Shown here: piece by piece, positions 1 to 9,783 of the stretch
Layout: every line of letters starts with the position of its first letter
How positions within the stretch are numbered: the first letter of the stretch is position 1
Assembly (NCBI GenBank): GCA_965214705.1
Contig: OZ243972.1
Coordinates: forward strand, 4,106,123-4,170,122
Direction: 5' to 3'
Source: Alphaproteobacteria bacterium
GTDB taxonomy: Bacteria; Pseudomonadota; Alphaproteobacteria; UBA828
DNA: 64,000 nucleotides
Made by a program: the position numbers and the translations under genes
Notes under the pieces: generated by a model
The model's database searches: none
The model's input: only the letters and a program-made list of their open reading frames with translations
What the model was told of the DNA's origin: nothing

Positions 1-183
1 GGCACGGTCGGCGGCGCGGCGTTTCTCGGCGCAGCCGGTACATACTTTGCGACCAGGCTCGGGAGGAAGCCGGCCACAGCGGGTGCACAAGCCGCTCGCA
101 ATCCGGGCGGCATGGCGCCGTCGCAGGCGGGTGCTGGCCCGCTCCTTTGCGGAGACCTGGTCGGGCATGACCGGCGCCCCCGC

Positions 184-510
184 TCAGCGCGCGTGGCGCA
201 TGGCGCTCAACCCGCTCGCGGCAATCCCCCAGATCTGCACGCCCGACGCCTTCAGATCGAGCGCGGTGCAGATGATGATCTCGTCGCGCTCGGGGCGCAT
301 CTTCCTGACGGCGCCGGCGCTCACGATCGTGCGGCGTGGCCTGCGTCCGCCCTTCCTTGCCTTCGGCTGCCCGGCCTCGACCGGGTGGATCTGCCCGTCG
401 GGCCGGGAGCGGTACTTCTCTATCACGTAGCGCTCCCCGTCGAGCCCCCGCCCGAAGACGTGGACCAGGAACGTGTGCGCGTTGCGATGCGACGGCCGGC
501 GAATCTGCAT
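184..510 (-). CDS. hypothetical protein (108 aa)
   Basis: ORF with a GGAGG RBS upstream; divergent from the AT-richer spacer at ~540-850; no recognisable domain. Confidence 0.4.
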   Translation of the reverse strand: MQIRRPSHRNAHTFLVHVFGRGLDGERYVIEKYRSRPDGQIHPVEAGQPKARKGGRRPRRTIVSAGAVRKMRPERDEIIICTALDLKASGVQIWGIAASGLSAMRHAR

Positions 511-919
511 GGCCTGCCTCCCCTTCGTCTCGGTGTGGTCCTGAATTTGGTATTACTGGGGTGCGTCAGGTAGTGGAGTGGCTCGTTTTCTCTCCTGCAT
601 ATGTTTTACATTACAGGTGATTGGGTCGTTTCGCAAGAGGATTGTGGCGGCTTCTATCTGATATAAAATTTTACGTCGCGAACCGATCAGTTGCAATCTG
701 GGAAGTGAAGGCATATGTCAGTGATTGCGAGTCTGTCTGTACGGAGAAACACACGATGGATATTCGGGTTTGAAGAGGGGGTAAGGCGGTGGGTTCTCAT
801 GACGTACGCGGATGGGCAAGTCGTAACTGTTTTATATGGTATTATGTAGGTGGTTTCGGCACGAACGCGGGGCCTTCGAGGTTGGTCACGCAGTATTGCA
901 CCGTCCCCGGGGTGCCCTC

Positions 920-1318
920 ATGAGCCGCCGGCCGGCCGAGCGCCGCACGCAGCACGCGGTGATGGCCACGGCGAGCGATTGGGTGCGAATCCGCGAACCC
1001 GCGGCCGACGCAGGCAAGGATCTCTCGCGCTACGTCGTGCACAGGGCGAGCGCGCCGGACCCGCTGCCGGATAGCGTTCTGCGCCGCACGGTGCGCGAGC
1101 TTCCGCTGCTCGCCAGGATCGAGCAACAGCGCATGGCCGACATGGGGCTGGAGGAGCGCTGGAACGCGCTTGGCGATGCCGTCGATGCCTGGGAGGATGC
1201 CCTCTCGCGGCCGAGCGCACGATCGCCTCTCGTATACGCCCTTCGGAGCAAGGGATCGGTGAGCCGTCCCACGCGCTGGGCAGCTCTCGGTGCCATCGCG
1301 CCTGCTTGCGATCATTGA
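920..1318 (+). pseudogene. RHH/MobC-like protein, 3'-rearranged paralogue of 18856..19239
   Basis: MSRRPAERRTQHAVMATASDWVRIRE...ALGDAVDAW closely matches 18856..19239, then diverges abruptly after ~1190. Confidence 0.65.
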
Positions 1319-1569
1319 CGAAGCCGCATTGCGGGAGGGGGTATCCCGCTCCGGACTCATCGCCTGCGCGGCACTCAGTTTCGTGGAACGGCGGGCGAGG
1401 GAGCGATAGAAGCGCGTGCGTTCGCCGGAGCGGGGTTGTCCGGCGGCCCGCTTCGGACCTCCCGCCACAGACGGAGGGCCAGGTTGAACTCGCCATCGAC
1501 GAGCGCGACCGCGGCGCGCAGGGAAACGGACGCATGGCAGCGGTGGAGTGCGCAGGCCCTTTTATGAGG

Positions 1570-1896
1570 CTCTCGAAGTCAAGGTGCCGAGCCGGCTTCT
1601 TTATTGCATGCTATTCCCTCCCTCTCGTGGTCGATCGGATCGGCGCCTTGTCTTGCCAGGTCGAAACGCTTCTCTCATCGGTCGCGCGTCTATGCGCATA
1701 CCCACCTTTTATCCGGGCGGCTGCCGGCAAGGGTGTGCCGGAGCCGTCCCCCAATCCCGCTTGCTGCGGGCGCAGCGTTCCGGGGGCGGGGCCCTTCTGT
1801 CCGCCGGCGTATTTCAGCCCGGCCTTCGCTCGGCCACTCGCCACCCGGCCCAGCCCCGGCCGCGTCCGGCCGGGCTGGAACAGTGCGGTCTCGGTG
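1570..1896 (-). ncRNA. putative bridge/seek RNA region
   Basis: Contains GCGGACAG (matches target left flank plus core) and ATAAAAG (matches donor junction); position typical of IS1111-group RNAs; exact RNA ends unknown. Confidence 0.65.
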
Positions 1897-3084
1897 TCAG
1901 GCGAGCTTGGCGCCCGTCGGCACGAGACCGGTCTCGGAGAACCGCCAGAGCGCGATGAGCAGCTTGCGGGCGAGCGCCACGATCATCACTCGGCGAATGC
2001 GGCCCCGAGCTCCGGCGGTGCGTTCCTCGAACCACTTGCTGAGCACGCTGTCGGGTTGATGGCGCAACCAGCGCCACGCCATTTGGATGAGGAGGGCACG
2101 GATCCAGGCCGGACCGTCGCGGCCGATCCCCTGATCGCGTTGCACGTCCCCGCTTGCCCATGGGGTCGGCGTCAACCCGACCCAGCTCGCAAGCTCACGG
2201 CGGTTGTGGAAGTCGCGGTAGAAGATCTCGTGCTCAAGCAGCGTCGCGTCGTTCGCGCCGATCCCCTTCAGTTGGGTCAACGTCGCGATCTTGGCCGCCG
2301 CCTGCTCCTGGCTTCCATCGGGCGCGACCGGTGCCGGGACAGCCTCGCCTTGGCTGACAATCGCATCTCGCTCCACCTCGACTTCCGCGATCTGCCGCCG
2401 CACGAGCGACAACCGCTCCACAAGCCGAAGGATCTCCTGGCGAGCTCGCGGCGGAAACGGCGATCCATACGCGGTCACCGTGTCCGCGAACGTCTCCTCG
2501 AACCCTTTGGCGCGGGGGTCCAGGTCGAAGATGCCGTGCAGCTTCAGCAGCCCCTTGATCGAGTTGGTCAGCGAGGTCCGCTCCTTCACCAGGCGCCGGC
2601 GCTCGCGAAGCAGCCGCTTGCGATCCTCCTCCTCGACGCTCGGAACCCGCACACGGCTCAGCACTGCGGCGTCACCCCGGTCATGGGCGAGAAGGGCGCG
2701 CACCATCTTCTTCGCATCGATCCGATCCGTCTTGCGCTGCTTCGCCTTCCGGTTCACCAACAGGCTCGCCGGATCGAGCACCACCGTCTCGATGGACATC
2801 TCCCGCTCCAGCCAGCGCTCCAGCCAGAAGCCCTCGTAGCCCGCCTCGTAGCAGCACAGGACGCGCACCTCTCGGTCGAGAGCCCGTTCAGCCTTGGCCC
2901 GCTGATTCTCGATCAGATCCCTGAGGCCTTCCGTGTCCGCCGGCCCGAGCGAGTGCAGGCCGATCTTTTCGCTGGTCGGGCTCTTGACCCCAACCACCCA
3001 GCTCTTCTGACTAACCTCAATCGCCACGTACAGCGTGTCATGCTCCGCCTCGGCCGGCGCAGCGGTCTCGTTCAATGAGGACAT
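1897..3084 (-). CDS. IS110 family transposase/recombinase
   Basis: YVAIEVSQKSW, CYEAGYEG, KTDRIDA, LKGIG, GLTPTPWASG, VALARKLL; AGGAGA RBS. Confidence 0.95.
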   Translation of the reverse strand: MSSLNETAAPAEAEHDTLYVAIEVSQKSWVVGVKSPTSEKIGLHSLGPADTEGLRDLIENQRAKAERALDREVRVLCCYEAGYEGFWLERWLEREMSIETVVLDPASLLVNRKAKQRKTDRIDAKKMVRALLAHDRGDAAVLSRVRVPSVEEEDRKRLLRERRRLVKERTSLTNSIKGLLKLHGIFDLDPRAKGFEETFADTVTAYGSPFPPRARQEILRLVERLSLVRRQIAEVEVERDAIVSQGEAVPAPVAPDGSQEQAAAKIATLTQLKGIGANDATLLEHEIFYRDFHNRRELASWVGLTPTPWASGDVQRDQGIGRDGPAWIRALLIQMAWRWLRHQPDSVLSKWFEERTAGARGRIRRVMIVALARKLLIALWRFSETGLVPTGAKLA

Positions 3085-3658
3085 ATCGTGTCTCCTTATG
3101 AGGATTGGTCAGAACGGCACCGTAGCGCCGGTCACCGAGTCGCCTCATAGGATCTGTCCGCAAGGGCGCGCGCCCGGTCGCCCACGGCAAATTCGTTCTG
3201 ATTTTCGCCGCTGGCTGACGGCACTCAATCATGCTGTTGGTGACCGTCTAGACCCGCGCGTATTCGCTCATTTAGGGCGCGTGATTTTGGTGGCGATGTA
3301 GTTGACGGGTTTTTTGTCCGCACTGATTTGAGCGCTTGTTGCTGTTGGGCCTGTGGGGAAGTGGTCAGGCGCGGAGCGGCTGTCCACTTGTCCACAGGCC
3401 TTCGGCCGGTCGTGTGGAAGCTGGGCCAGGCGACCTGCCGATTTTGAGGTCCGGCGGGCTTGCCGTCGGCAGCGTTGCGCACCTGACATCGAGATCGCCG
3501 GGGGTAGACTCGGGCCGCTGAGAACGATGCGGCGCCGGCCCCGTTTGCCTGATCGCAACAGCCGACGCCGCACCCCCGAGCCATGCCAGACACGGCCCAG
3601 ATGCACAGTATTGTGCTGGATTCTGCGGGGGTCGAGCCCGTTCTCATCGACCGCCGCG

Positions 3659-4105
3659 ATGAGGAACTTCGGCCGCATCTTCAACTGCCCGCAGTGTCAT
3701 CGGCAGGTTGTTCTCTGCCCCCGCTGCGACCGCGGCAATCACTACTGCTCCAGGGAGTGCAGCGAGAGCGCGCGCCGAGAGTCGCAGCGTCTCGCCGGGC
3801 GGCGCTACCAGGACGGGCGCCCGGGGCGCCGCAAGCACGCGGAGCGCCAGAGACGCTATCGGGACCGGCAGCGCTGCAGGGCGCTTCAGGATGAGGGCTG
3901 CGGGCGGAAAGTGACGCATCACCCTTCGACGCGCGCGCACCGCCGTGTTGTCGTGCCACGGACGCCAGGGACGCGCCGCGGAACACGCCCCTTCGGGGAC
4001 GAGGAGCCCGCCGGGGGCTTCCGCTGCAGCATCTGCGGCCGCTTCTGCGCGGTGTTCGTTCATCCGGGCCTGCGCACGGTGCGCCACCCGGCACGAGAGG
4101 GGTGA
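3659..4105 (+). CDS. Cys-rich (Zn-finger-like) basic protein upstream of istA
   Basis: CPQC..CPRCDRGNHYCSREC and C-terminal CSICGRFC; stop abuts the istA ATG; start codon uncertain. Confidence 0.65.
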   Translation: MRNFGRIFNCPQCHRQVVLCPRCDRGNHYCSRECSESARRESQRLAGRRYQDGRPGRRKHAERQRRYRDRQRCRALQDEGCGRKVTHHPSTRAHRRVVVPRTPGTRRGTRPFGDEEPAGGFRCSICGRFCAVFVHPGLRTVRHPAREG

Positions 4106-4106
4106 G

Positions 4107-5612
4107 ATGACCACAGACAAGGAGACGAGAGCGGAGATCCTGCGGCTGTATCACGCCGAGAAGTGGAAGATCGGCACGATCGCGCGTCAGCTCGGCGTCC
4201 ATCACGGCACCGTGCGGCGCGCGATCAGGGACGCCGAGGAGCCTCGGCAGCACAAGCCGCGGCCCTCGAAGCTCGATCCCTTCATCCCCTTCATCCGCCA
4301 GACACTGAAGAAATACCCGACGCTGCCGGCCAGCCGGCTCTACGAGATGGTGTGCGGGCGCGGCTACCGGGGGAGCCAGAGCCACTTCCGTCGTGTGATC
4401 GCCTCCCTGCGGCCGAAGCCTGAAGCCGAGGCCTATCTGCGGCTGAAGACCCTTCCCGGCGAGCAGGCCCAGGTCGATTGGGCCCACTTCGGCAAGGTCA
4501 GGATCGGGCGCGCGGAGCGCCCGTTGATGGGCTTCGTGATGGTGCTCAGCTACTCGCGCCGCATCTTCCTGCGCTTCTACCTGGGCGCAGGGATGAACAA
4601 CTTCCTGCGCGGCCATATCGACGCCTTCGAGGCCTGGCAGGGGGTGCCGCGCGAGATCTGGTGCGACAACCTGAAGAGCGTCGTGCTCGAGCGCCGCGGG
4701 AGCGCTGTCCACTTCAATCCCCGGTACCTCGACTTCGCCGCCCACTACCGCGTGCTGGCACGGCCTGTCGCGATCGCGCGCGGCAACGAAAAAGGGCGCG
4801 TCGAGCGGGCCATACGCTATGTACGCGCCAGCTTCTTCGCCGCCCGGGAGTGGCGCGACATCGACGACCTCAACGCCCAGGCCGAGGCCTGGTGCGAGGG
4901 CATCGCCGCCGACCGCCCCTGGCCCGAGGATCGCTCCATCACCGTGCGCGAGGCCTTCGAGAAGGAACGCAGCTCTCTCATGGCCTTGCCCGGCGACCGC
5001 TTCCCCGTCGACGAACGGGTCGAGGTCGTCATCGGCAAGACGCCTTACGCCCGGTTCGATCTCAACGACTACAGCGTCCCCCACACCCATGCGCGGCACA
5101 CCCTTGTCGTGATCGCGACGCTGGACGAGGTCCGCATCCTCGACGGCACGGACGTCATTGCCACCCATCCGCGCAGCTTCGACAAGGGCGCCTGCATCGA
5201 GATCCCCGAGCACATCGCCGAGTTGGCCAAGAAAAAGCGTCACGCCCGGCGCCTTCGCGGGCAGGATCGTCTGATCAAGGCTGCGCCGAACAGCGAGCGC
5301 CTGCTCGACGAGGCCGCCAAACGCGGCGGCCATCTCGGCTCCATCGTCGCCGCCCTCTTGCGCCTCCTCGACGAGTATGGCGCCGCCGAGCTCGAGGCCG
5401 GCATCGACGAGGCGCTCAAGCGCGGCGTCCCCCATCCCAACGCCGTGCGCCTGAGCCTGACGAGGCGCCGCGAACAGCAGGACAAGCCGCCGCCCATCCC
5501 GGTCGATCTGCCCGACGATCCGAAGGTCCGCGACATCGCCGTCCGCGACCACGACCTGACGGATTACGACGGGCTGGCGGGCGAGGGCGAGGAGGAGGAC
5601 AGCGAAGAATGA
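4107..5612 (+). CDS. istA: IS21 transposase IstA
   Basis: N-terminal HTH, PGEQAQVDW, CDNLKS, KGRVERAIRY. Confidence 0.95.
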   Translation: MTTDKETRAEILRLYHAEKWKIGTIARQLGVHHGTVRRAIRDAEEPRQHKPRPSKLDPFIPFIRQTLKKYPTLPASRLYEMVCGRGYRGSQSHFRRVIASLRPKPEAEAYLRLKTLPGEQAQVDWAHFGKVRIGRAERPLMGFVMVLSYSRRIFLRFYLGAGMNNFLRGHIDAFEAWQGVPREIWCDNLKSVVLERRGSAVHFNPRYLDFAAHYRVLARPVAIARGNEKGRVERAIRYVRASFFAAREWRDIDDLNAQAEAWCEGIAADRPWPEDRSITVREAFEKERSSLMALPGDRFPVDERVEVVIGKTPYARFDLNDYSVPHTHARHTLVVIATLDEVRILDGTDVIATHPRSFDKGACIEIPEHIAELAKKKRHARRLRGQDRLIKAAPNSERLLDEAAKRGGHLGSIVAALLRLLDEYGAAELEAGIDEALKRGVPHPNAVRLSLTRRREQQDKPPPIPVDLPDDPKVRDIAVRDHDLTDYDGLAGEGEEEDSEE

Positions 5613-6403
5613 CCGACACCCTCAAGGACCGGGCCCGTGCCCTCGGCCTGCACGGCCTCATCGCACACTGGGACGAGGTCGGCGAGTGCGACTGGCTGAC
5701 CACGCTCATCGCCTGGGAAGAAGACGAGAGACGCGCCCGAAGCCTCAAGCGCCGCCTCGCCGATGCCCGGCTCGGTGACTTCAAGCCGCTCGCCGACTTC
5801 AACTGGGACTGGCCCCGCCGCTGCGACCGCATGGCCGTCGAGGACCTCATGGGCCTCGACTTCCTCAAGGAGGCCGCCAACGTCGTCCTGGTCGGCCCCA
5901 ACGGCGTCGGCAAATCGACGATCGCCGCCAATATCGCCCACCGCGCCGTCCTCGAGGGCCATACCGTGCGCTTCGCCACCGCTGCCAGCATGCTCGGCGA
6001 GCTCGCCGCCATCGACTCCGACACCCTGCTCCAGCGAAAGCTGCGCTTCTACGCCCGCCAGCAACTGCTGGTGATCGACGAGGTGGGATACCTCTCCTAC
6101 AGCAACCGCCACGCCGACCTGCTGTTCAGCATCGTCTCAAGCCGCACCCAGCAGAACTCCACGATTATCACGACCAACCGGCCGTTCGCCGAGTGGGGCG
6201 AGGCCTTCCCCAACGCCGCCTGCGTCGTGGCCCTGGTCGACCGCCTCGTCCACAACGCCGAGATCATCGCCATCGACGGCGATTCATACCGCCGCAAGGA
6301 GGCCGAGGAGCGCCAGAAGCAGCGCAGCACAGAGCGCCGCCGCCGGCGCCAGGAGAAAGGGCGCCGGCGATCCGGCGACCCGCAGGACACCGGGGACGAC
6401 TGA
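5609..6403 (+). CDS. istB: IS21 helper ATPase IstB
   Basis: GPNGVGKS Walker [10 protein letters not shown] Walker B, DRLVH; ATGA overlap with istA. Confidence 0.95.
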   Translation: MTDTLKDRARALGLHGLIAHWDEVGECDWLTTLIAWEEDERRARSLKRRLADARLGDFKPLADFNWDWPRRCDRMAVEDLMGLDFLKEAANVVLVGPNGVGKSTIAANIAHRAVLEGHTVRFATAASMLGELAAIDSDTLLQRKLRFYARQQLLVIDEVGYLSYSNRHADLLFSIVSSRTQQNSTIITTNRPFAEWGEAFPNAACVVALVDRLVHNAEIIAIDGDSYRRKEAEERQKQRSTERRRRRQEKGRRRSGDPQDTGDD

Positions 6404-6415
6404 GGCGGCGCAGCC

Positions 6416-7336
6416 GTGCGCCAGCTACGCCCATGGGAGCGGCGGCTGCGGGCAGAGGGGCTGCGCGGCTGTCCCCTCGAAGACGTCGCCCGCGCCCTCG
6501 GCTACCGCCGCGATCCCGACGACGCCGATCGCTGGAGGCGTCTTGGATCGGTCGTCACCATCAACCGCTTCATGTTCTACGACCATCTGCGCGGCGAGGG
6601 CGGCGCCGGGGCCGTCGACCTGGTGGTCCATGCCCAACGCTGCACCGTGCCCGACGCCCTGGCCTTCCTCGCGAAACTGCCGGGCCTTTCCCGGCGCCCC
6701 CCGCAGTGCCCCTGCCCACGGCTGCCGCATCCGCAGGAGCGGCACTGGCCCGCAGTGGAACGCCACCTCGTCGACGAGCGCGGTCTCTCGCCCGTGCTCC
6801 TCACCCTGTGCCGCGACCTCCGCCTGGTCCACGCCGACCGCAACGCCAATGCCGTGTTCGTCTGTCGAGACGCCGCAGGGGTCGCGACCGGCGCCGAGAT
6901 CGTCCCCACCGGCGGCCGGTGCGGAGCGGCTGCCGGCGCCGGCGAAGCTGCCCCATCCCCGCTCGCCCGCGGGGGCTTCTGGATATCGTGGGAGCTCGAC
7001 TGGCCGCACTCCGTGCTCATCGCAAAGAGCGCCATCGACGCCCTGTCCGCCCTCTCCCTCCAGCTCATGCCCGCCGAACTCAGGGAATGTGCCGTGGTCT
7101 CCATCGCCGCCGTCACTCCAAGCCTCCCCGCGTGGATCGAGGACTGGAACCCCCGCCGCATCTTCTGTGCCTACGACGCTACCCCTGGCGGCGATGACGC
7201 CGCCGAGCGGCTGTTCCGAAGCGACAGCAGGGTCGTCCGCGTGCGGCCCGCCCTCGACGGTGACGACTGGAACGACATGCGCAGGCGTGACCTCGAAGGC
7301 AATATGCTCGAGACCGACGATCGGCTCATCGACTGA
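6416..7336 (+). CDS. DUF3991/toprim (primase-like) passenger protein with degenerate acidic motifs
   Basis: [44 protein letters not shown]. Confidence 0.7.
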   Translation: MRQLRPWERRLRAEGLRGCPLEDVARALGYRRDPDDADRWRRLGSVVTINRFMFYDHLRGEGGAGAVDLVVHAQRCTVPDALAFLAKLPGLSRRPPQCPCPRLPHPQERHWPAVERHLVDERGLSPVLLTLCRDLRLVHADRNANAVFVCRDAAGVATGAEIVPTGGRCGAAAGAGEAAPSPLARGGFWISWELDWPHSVLIAKSAIDALSALSLQLMPAELRECAVVSIAAVTPSLPAWIEDWNPRRIFCAYDATPGGDDAAERLFRSDSRVVRVRPALDGDDWNDMRRRDLEGNMLETDDRLID

Positions 7337-7704
7337 AAAACAACAGGGTCCCTCAGCCAAACCTGCAGGGCCGCTCTCGCACCACCGCGATCACGACGAC
7401 CAACACCACAAGCCGGACCGCGCTCAGCACTGCAGATCGGCGCCACGCCGATCAACGCTCCACCACATCAGGCTGTCAAAATGAGCGAATACGCGCGCTT
7501 TTGCGTGATCGCCAACAATCATGCTCCACCCGCTTTCGTTGAGGACCTTGCGGGGCTGGCCACCGGATTTGGCCGCCATCGCGCCGCCGCATAGCGCTGT
7601 CCTTGGCCGCGAGGGTCGAGCACGGCTTCATCTGGACATGACCGCTCGCCCCCGGCGTTCCGAGGGTTGGCGTCGCGGCGATGGACGCGGCCCGGAGGGG
7701 GCGG

Positions 7705-8464
7705 TCAGCTGGGCGCTGTCCGCGGAGCGACGTTGTCGGTCATTTTCAGGAAGTCGAGAACCCGCCTCGGTTTCCTGGCCAGCTTGCGCATGGTCTCGGC
7801 GACAGCGAGCCCGCGCCCCTTGATAACGCCGATGGCGAAGCGCCGCAGCAGGGTCATGTTCTCCGGACCGTAGCCTGAACGGATACGGCATCGGTCCTCG
7901 TCGAAGCTCCAGTCGAGGATGTGATGGGCCGCCTCGATGGTCCAGTGCCCGCGATTGAGGGTGAGCAGGCGTTCCGGCGATGCGGCCTGCGCACTCAGGC
8001 TTGTGACGCCGTAAGCCGTCTCGCAGCTTCTCTTCCCGGATTTGACGTGCCGGGTTTCGCGCCGCACGGCGAAGATCTGTCCGACGCCGGGGAAGTTGAG
8101 GTAGTCGTTGAGCTCGCTGGAGACCCAGATGGAGCGCCGCTCGCGGCGGCCGTGCTCGGGCTTGGGGCTCTCGTCCGCGAAGTCCGGCGCGCGGCCTGCG
8201 ATGGCCTCATCGAGAGTGAGCCGGATGTCGTCGAGCAAGGTGGGCTGGTTGCCCTTGACGGTGAACAGATAGTCGGCGCCGCGCTCGCGCAGATAGGAGG
8301 CCAGCGCCCGCTGGGTGAGCAGAGCATCGGCGGTGACGGTGCGACCCGCGATGTCGGGCACCGTCTCGATACCCGGATCAAGTCCGGGCAGGGGGATGAT
8401 GGTGCCGATCTCGTTGGTGCGCTTCTCCCCGTCGTCGGCGTCGGGCCTCATGCCGACTTTTTTT
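7705..8464 (-). CDS. ISAs1 transposase, C-terminal DDE part (reached by -1 frameshift)
   Basis: TNEI, VTADALLTQR, DYLFTVKGNQP, HGRRERR, RGHWTIE, SFDEDRCRIR. Confidence 0.88.
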
Positions 8465-9536
8465 GACCCCAGGGCGCCTTGGTGTCGTGGCCTATGATGC
8501 CGAGCACATGAGCCTGCCTGCCATCGTCATCGATGGCGCCGCGGATGGTCTTGCCGTCGATGGCCAGCGCGCTGTCGCCCGAGCCGTGGGCCTCGTACCA
8601 GGCCCTGAGCGCGGCGTCGAGCTGGACCGGATCGACGCGGATCAGCAGGCTGCGCATCGCCGACAGGCTGGGCGGGCGGTACCGGCCGTCGCGGCGGCGC
8701 ACGCGGAAGCGCTGCAGCACCCTGGGACTGAGGTCGTCGACCCATTCGCTGATCGCCTTGTAGCCGCGCATGCCACAGAACGTCGCGGCGGCGGCGAGCG
8801 CCAGTACCGTGGGCAGCGCATGGCGCCGGCCCTGGCGGCGGCGGGGATCGTCGATGCCCTGGAAGAACTCGGGGAGGGATCGCATCTGTGCGGCGGTGAG
8901 CGTCATCTTCGGCACTCCATGTCGCAGACGGGGGTCGAGATCGTCGGCCCGCAGCCGGGCCCGCGCGGTGCGGGACAGGGGAAGAAGGAACACGCGCTTG
9001 GGCCGTGCGTGCTCGCTGTAGCCGGCCCCGCCGCGAGCGAAGCCGCGGGTGCGCCCGACCTCGATCCAGTTGGCCGCGCGGTAGACCGTGCCCCGGAAGA
9101 GCGCCGGGTCCACGAACGTCTCCGCCAGCAGCACGTCGTGACCGAAGCGGATCGGCCAATCCCTCACCAGACGGCGCGTGCACAAAGACAGCACCCGCGA
9201 GCCGAGATTGCGCTCACCGCCGGGGAGGATCAGGAAGCGCGAGTTGTTGGTGACCAGGTGAAGACGACCGAACTGAAGGCCGCGGTCCCAGCCAATCCAG
9301 CGATCGCGCGCACCGCACTTCAGCGCCGCTGCCGAGAAGACCGCCAACGCCAGCCATCGCCCTCGATGGTGCGCGACATAGCGCACGGTCTCGCCCATCC
9401 CCGGCACCGCGCCGAGGTAGTGGTGTGTCTGCATCACGTCGCGGAAGCGGGCCTCGTCCTCCGCCGCCACGATGTCGACCGCCACCTCCGATAGAGCTGC
9501 CACAGCTTGCCAGTCCCCACGGCTGCCTCGCGGCAC
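8448..9536 (-). CDS. DUF4338 (DruA-like) domain fused to ISAs1 transposase N-terminal part
   Basis: HHYLG, RDRWIGW, NNSRFLILP, ETFVDP..GTVYRAANW then DPRRRQGRRH and AIDGKTIRG; ends at slippery AAAAAAAG (8457-8464); start uncertain. Confidence 0.82.
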   Translation of the reverse strand: MPRGSRGDWQAVAALSEVAVDIVAAEDEARFRDVMQTHHYLGAVPGMGETVRYVAHHRGRWLALAVFSAAALKCGARDRWIGWDRGLQFGRLHLVTNNSRFLILPGGERNLGSRVLSLCTRRLVRDWPIRFGHDVLLAETFVDPALFRGTVYRAANWIEVGRTRGFARGGAGYSEHARPKRVFLLPLSRTARARLRADDLDPRLRHGVPKMTLTAAQMRSLPEFFQGIDDPRRRQGRRHALPTVLALAAAATFCGMRGYKAISEWVDDLSPRVLQRFRVRRRDGRYRPPSLSAMRSLLIRVDPVQLDAALRAWYEAHGSGDSALAIDGKTIRGAIDDDGRQAHVLGIIGHDTKAPWGQKKSA

Positions 9537-9783
9537 TCATATCAGGACACGGGGAGCAAGTCCACTATTTCAGGCAACTCGCTGGCCGGCCTAGCCAAAG
9601 GCTGAAGTACAAATCCGCCCTGCCCGGTCGCCGCAGCCGCTTGCCAGCGCGGCCGCCGCCCGCCGCCGGCACTGCGCGGCGGCCCGCTCGACGGCCAGCA
9701 CCTGGCGCAGGTCGGTCCGGCAGCGGTGGCATGTCGGGCCCTCGATCCCCCCGGCGCCGCAGGTCGGGCAGCGGAGCACCGGC

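Larger units (their letters stand above)
1561..3153 (-). mobile_element. IS110-family element, IS1111-type organisation
   Basis: Sub-terminal IR TATGAGGC (1563-1570 / 3142-3149); CT core at both junctions (1559-1560, 3154-3155); long non-coding end 3' of the recombinase; interrupts a restorable ORF. Confidence 0.9.
3235..7517 (+). mobile_element. IS21-family element (4.3 kb) with passenger genes
   Basis: TG..CA ends with IR TGTTGG...CGCGCGTATTCGCTCATTT; 7-bp TSD ATCATGC (3228-3234, 7518-7524). Confidence 0.92.
3183..9622 (-). mobile_element. ISAs1-family element carrying a nested IS21
   Basis: Imperfect IR CAGGGCGGATTTGTACT / CACGGCAAATTCGTTCT; 10-bp TSD CCCGGTCGCC at 3173-3182 and 9623-9632. 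Confidence 0.88.
1375..9779 (-). pseudogene. Zn-ribbon/helical protein gene split by IS110 and ISAs1(+IS21); segments 9779-9623, 3172-3156, 1560-1375
   Basis: Removing the elements restores a 360-nt ORF: MLRCPTCG..CHRCRTDLRQVLAVE..GDRARALADRACALHRC..LALRLWREV. Confidence 0.75.

Noticed and set aside
1306-3078. 590-aa + strand ORF and other long antisense ORFs (3681-5552, 21599-25342, 37518-41126, 48322-50574)
   Set aside because: Shadow ORFs opposite well-supported genes in GC-rich DNA
8448-9536. Druantia defence system
   Set aside because: Only a DruA-like domain inside an IS; no DruE helicase or other dru genes
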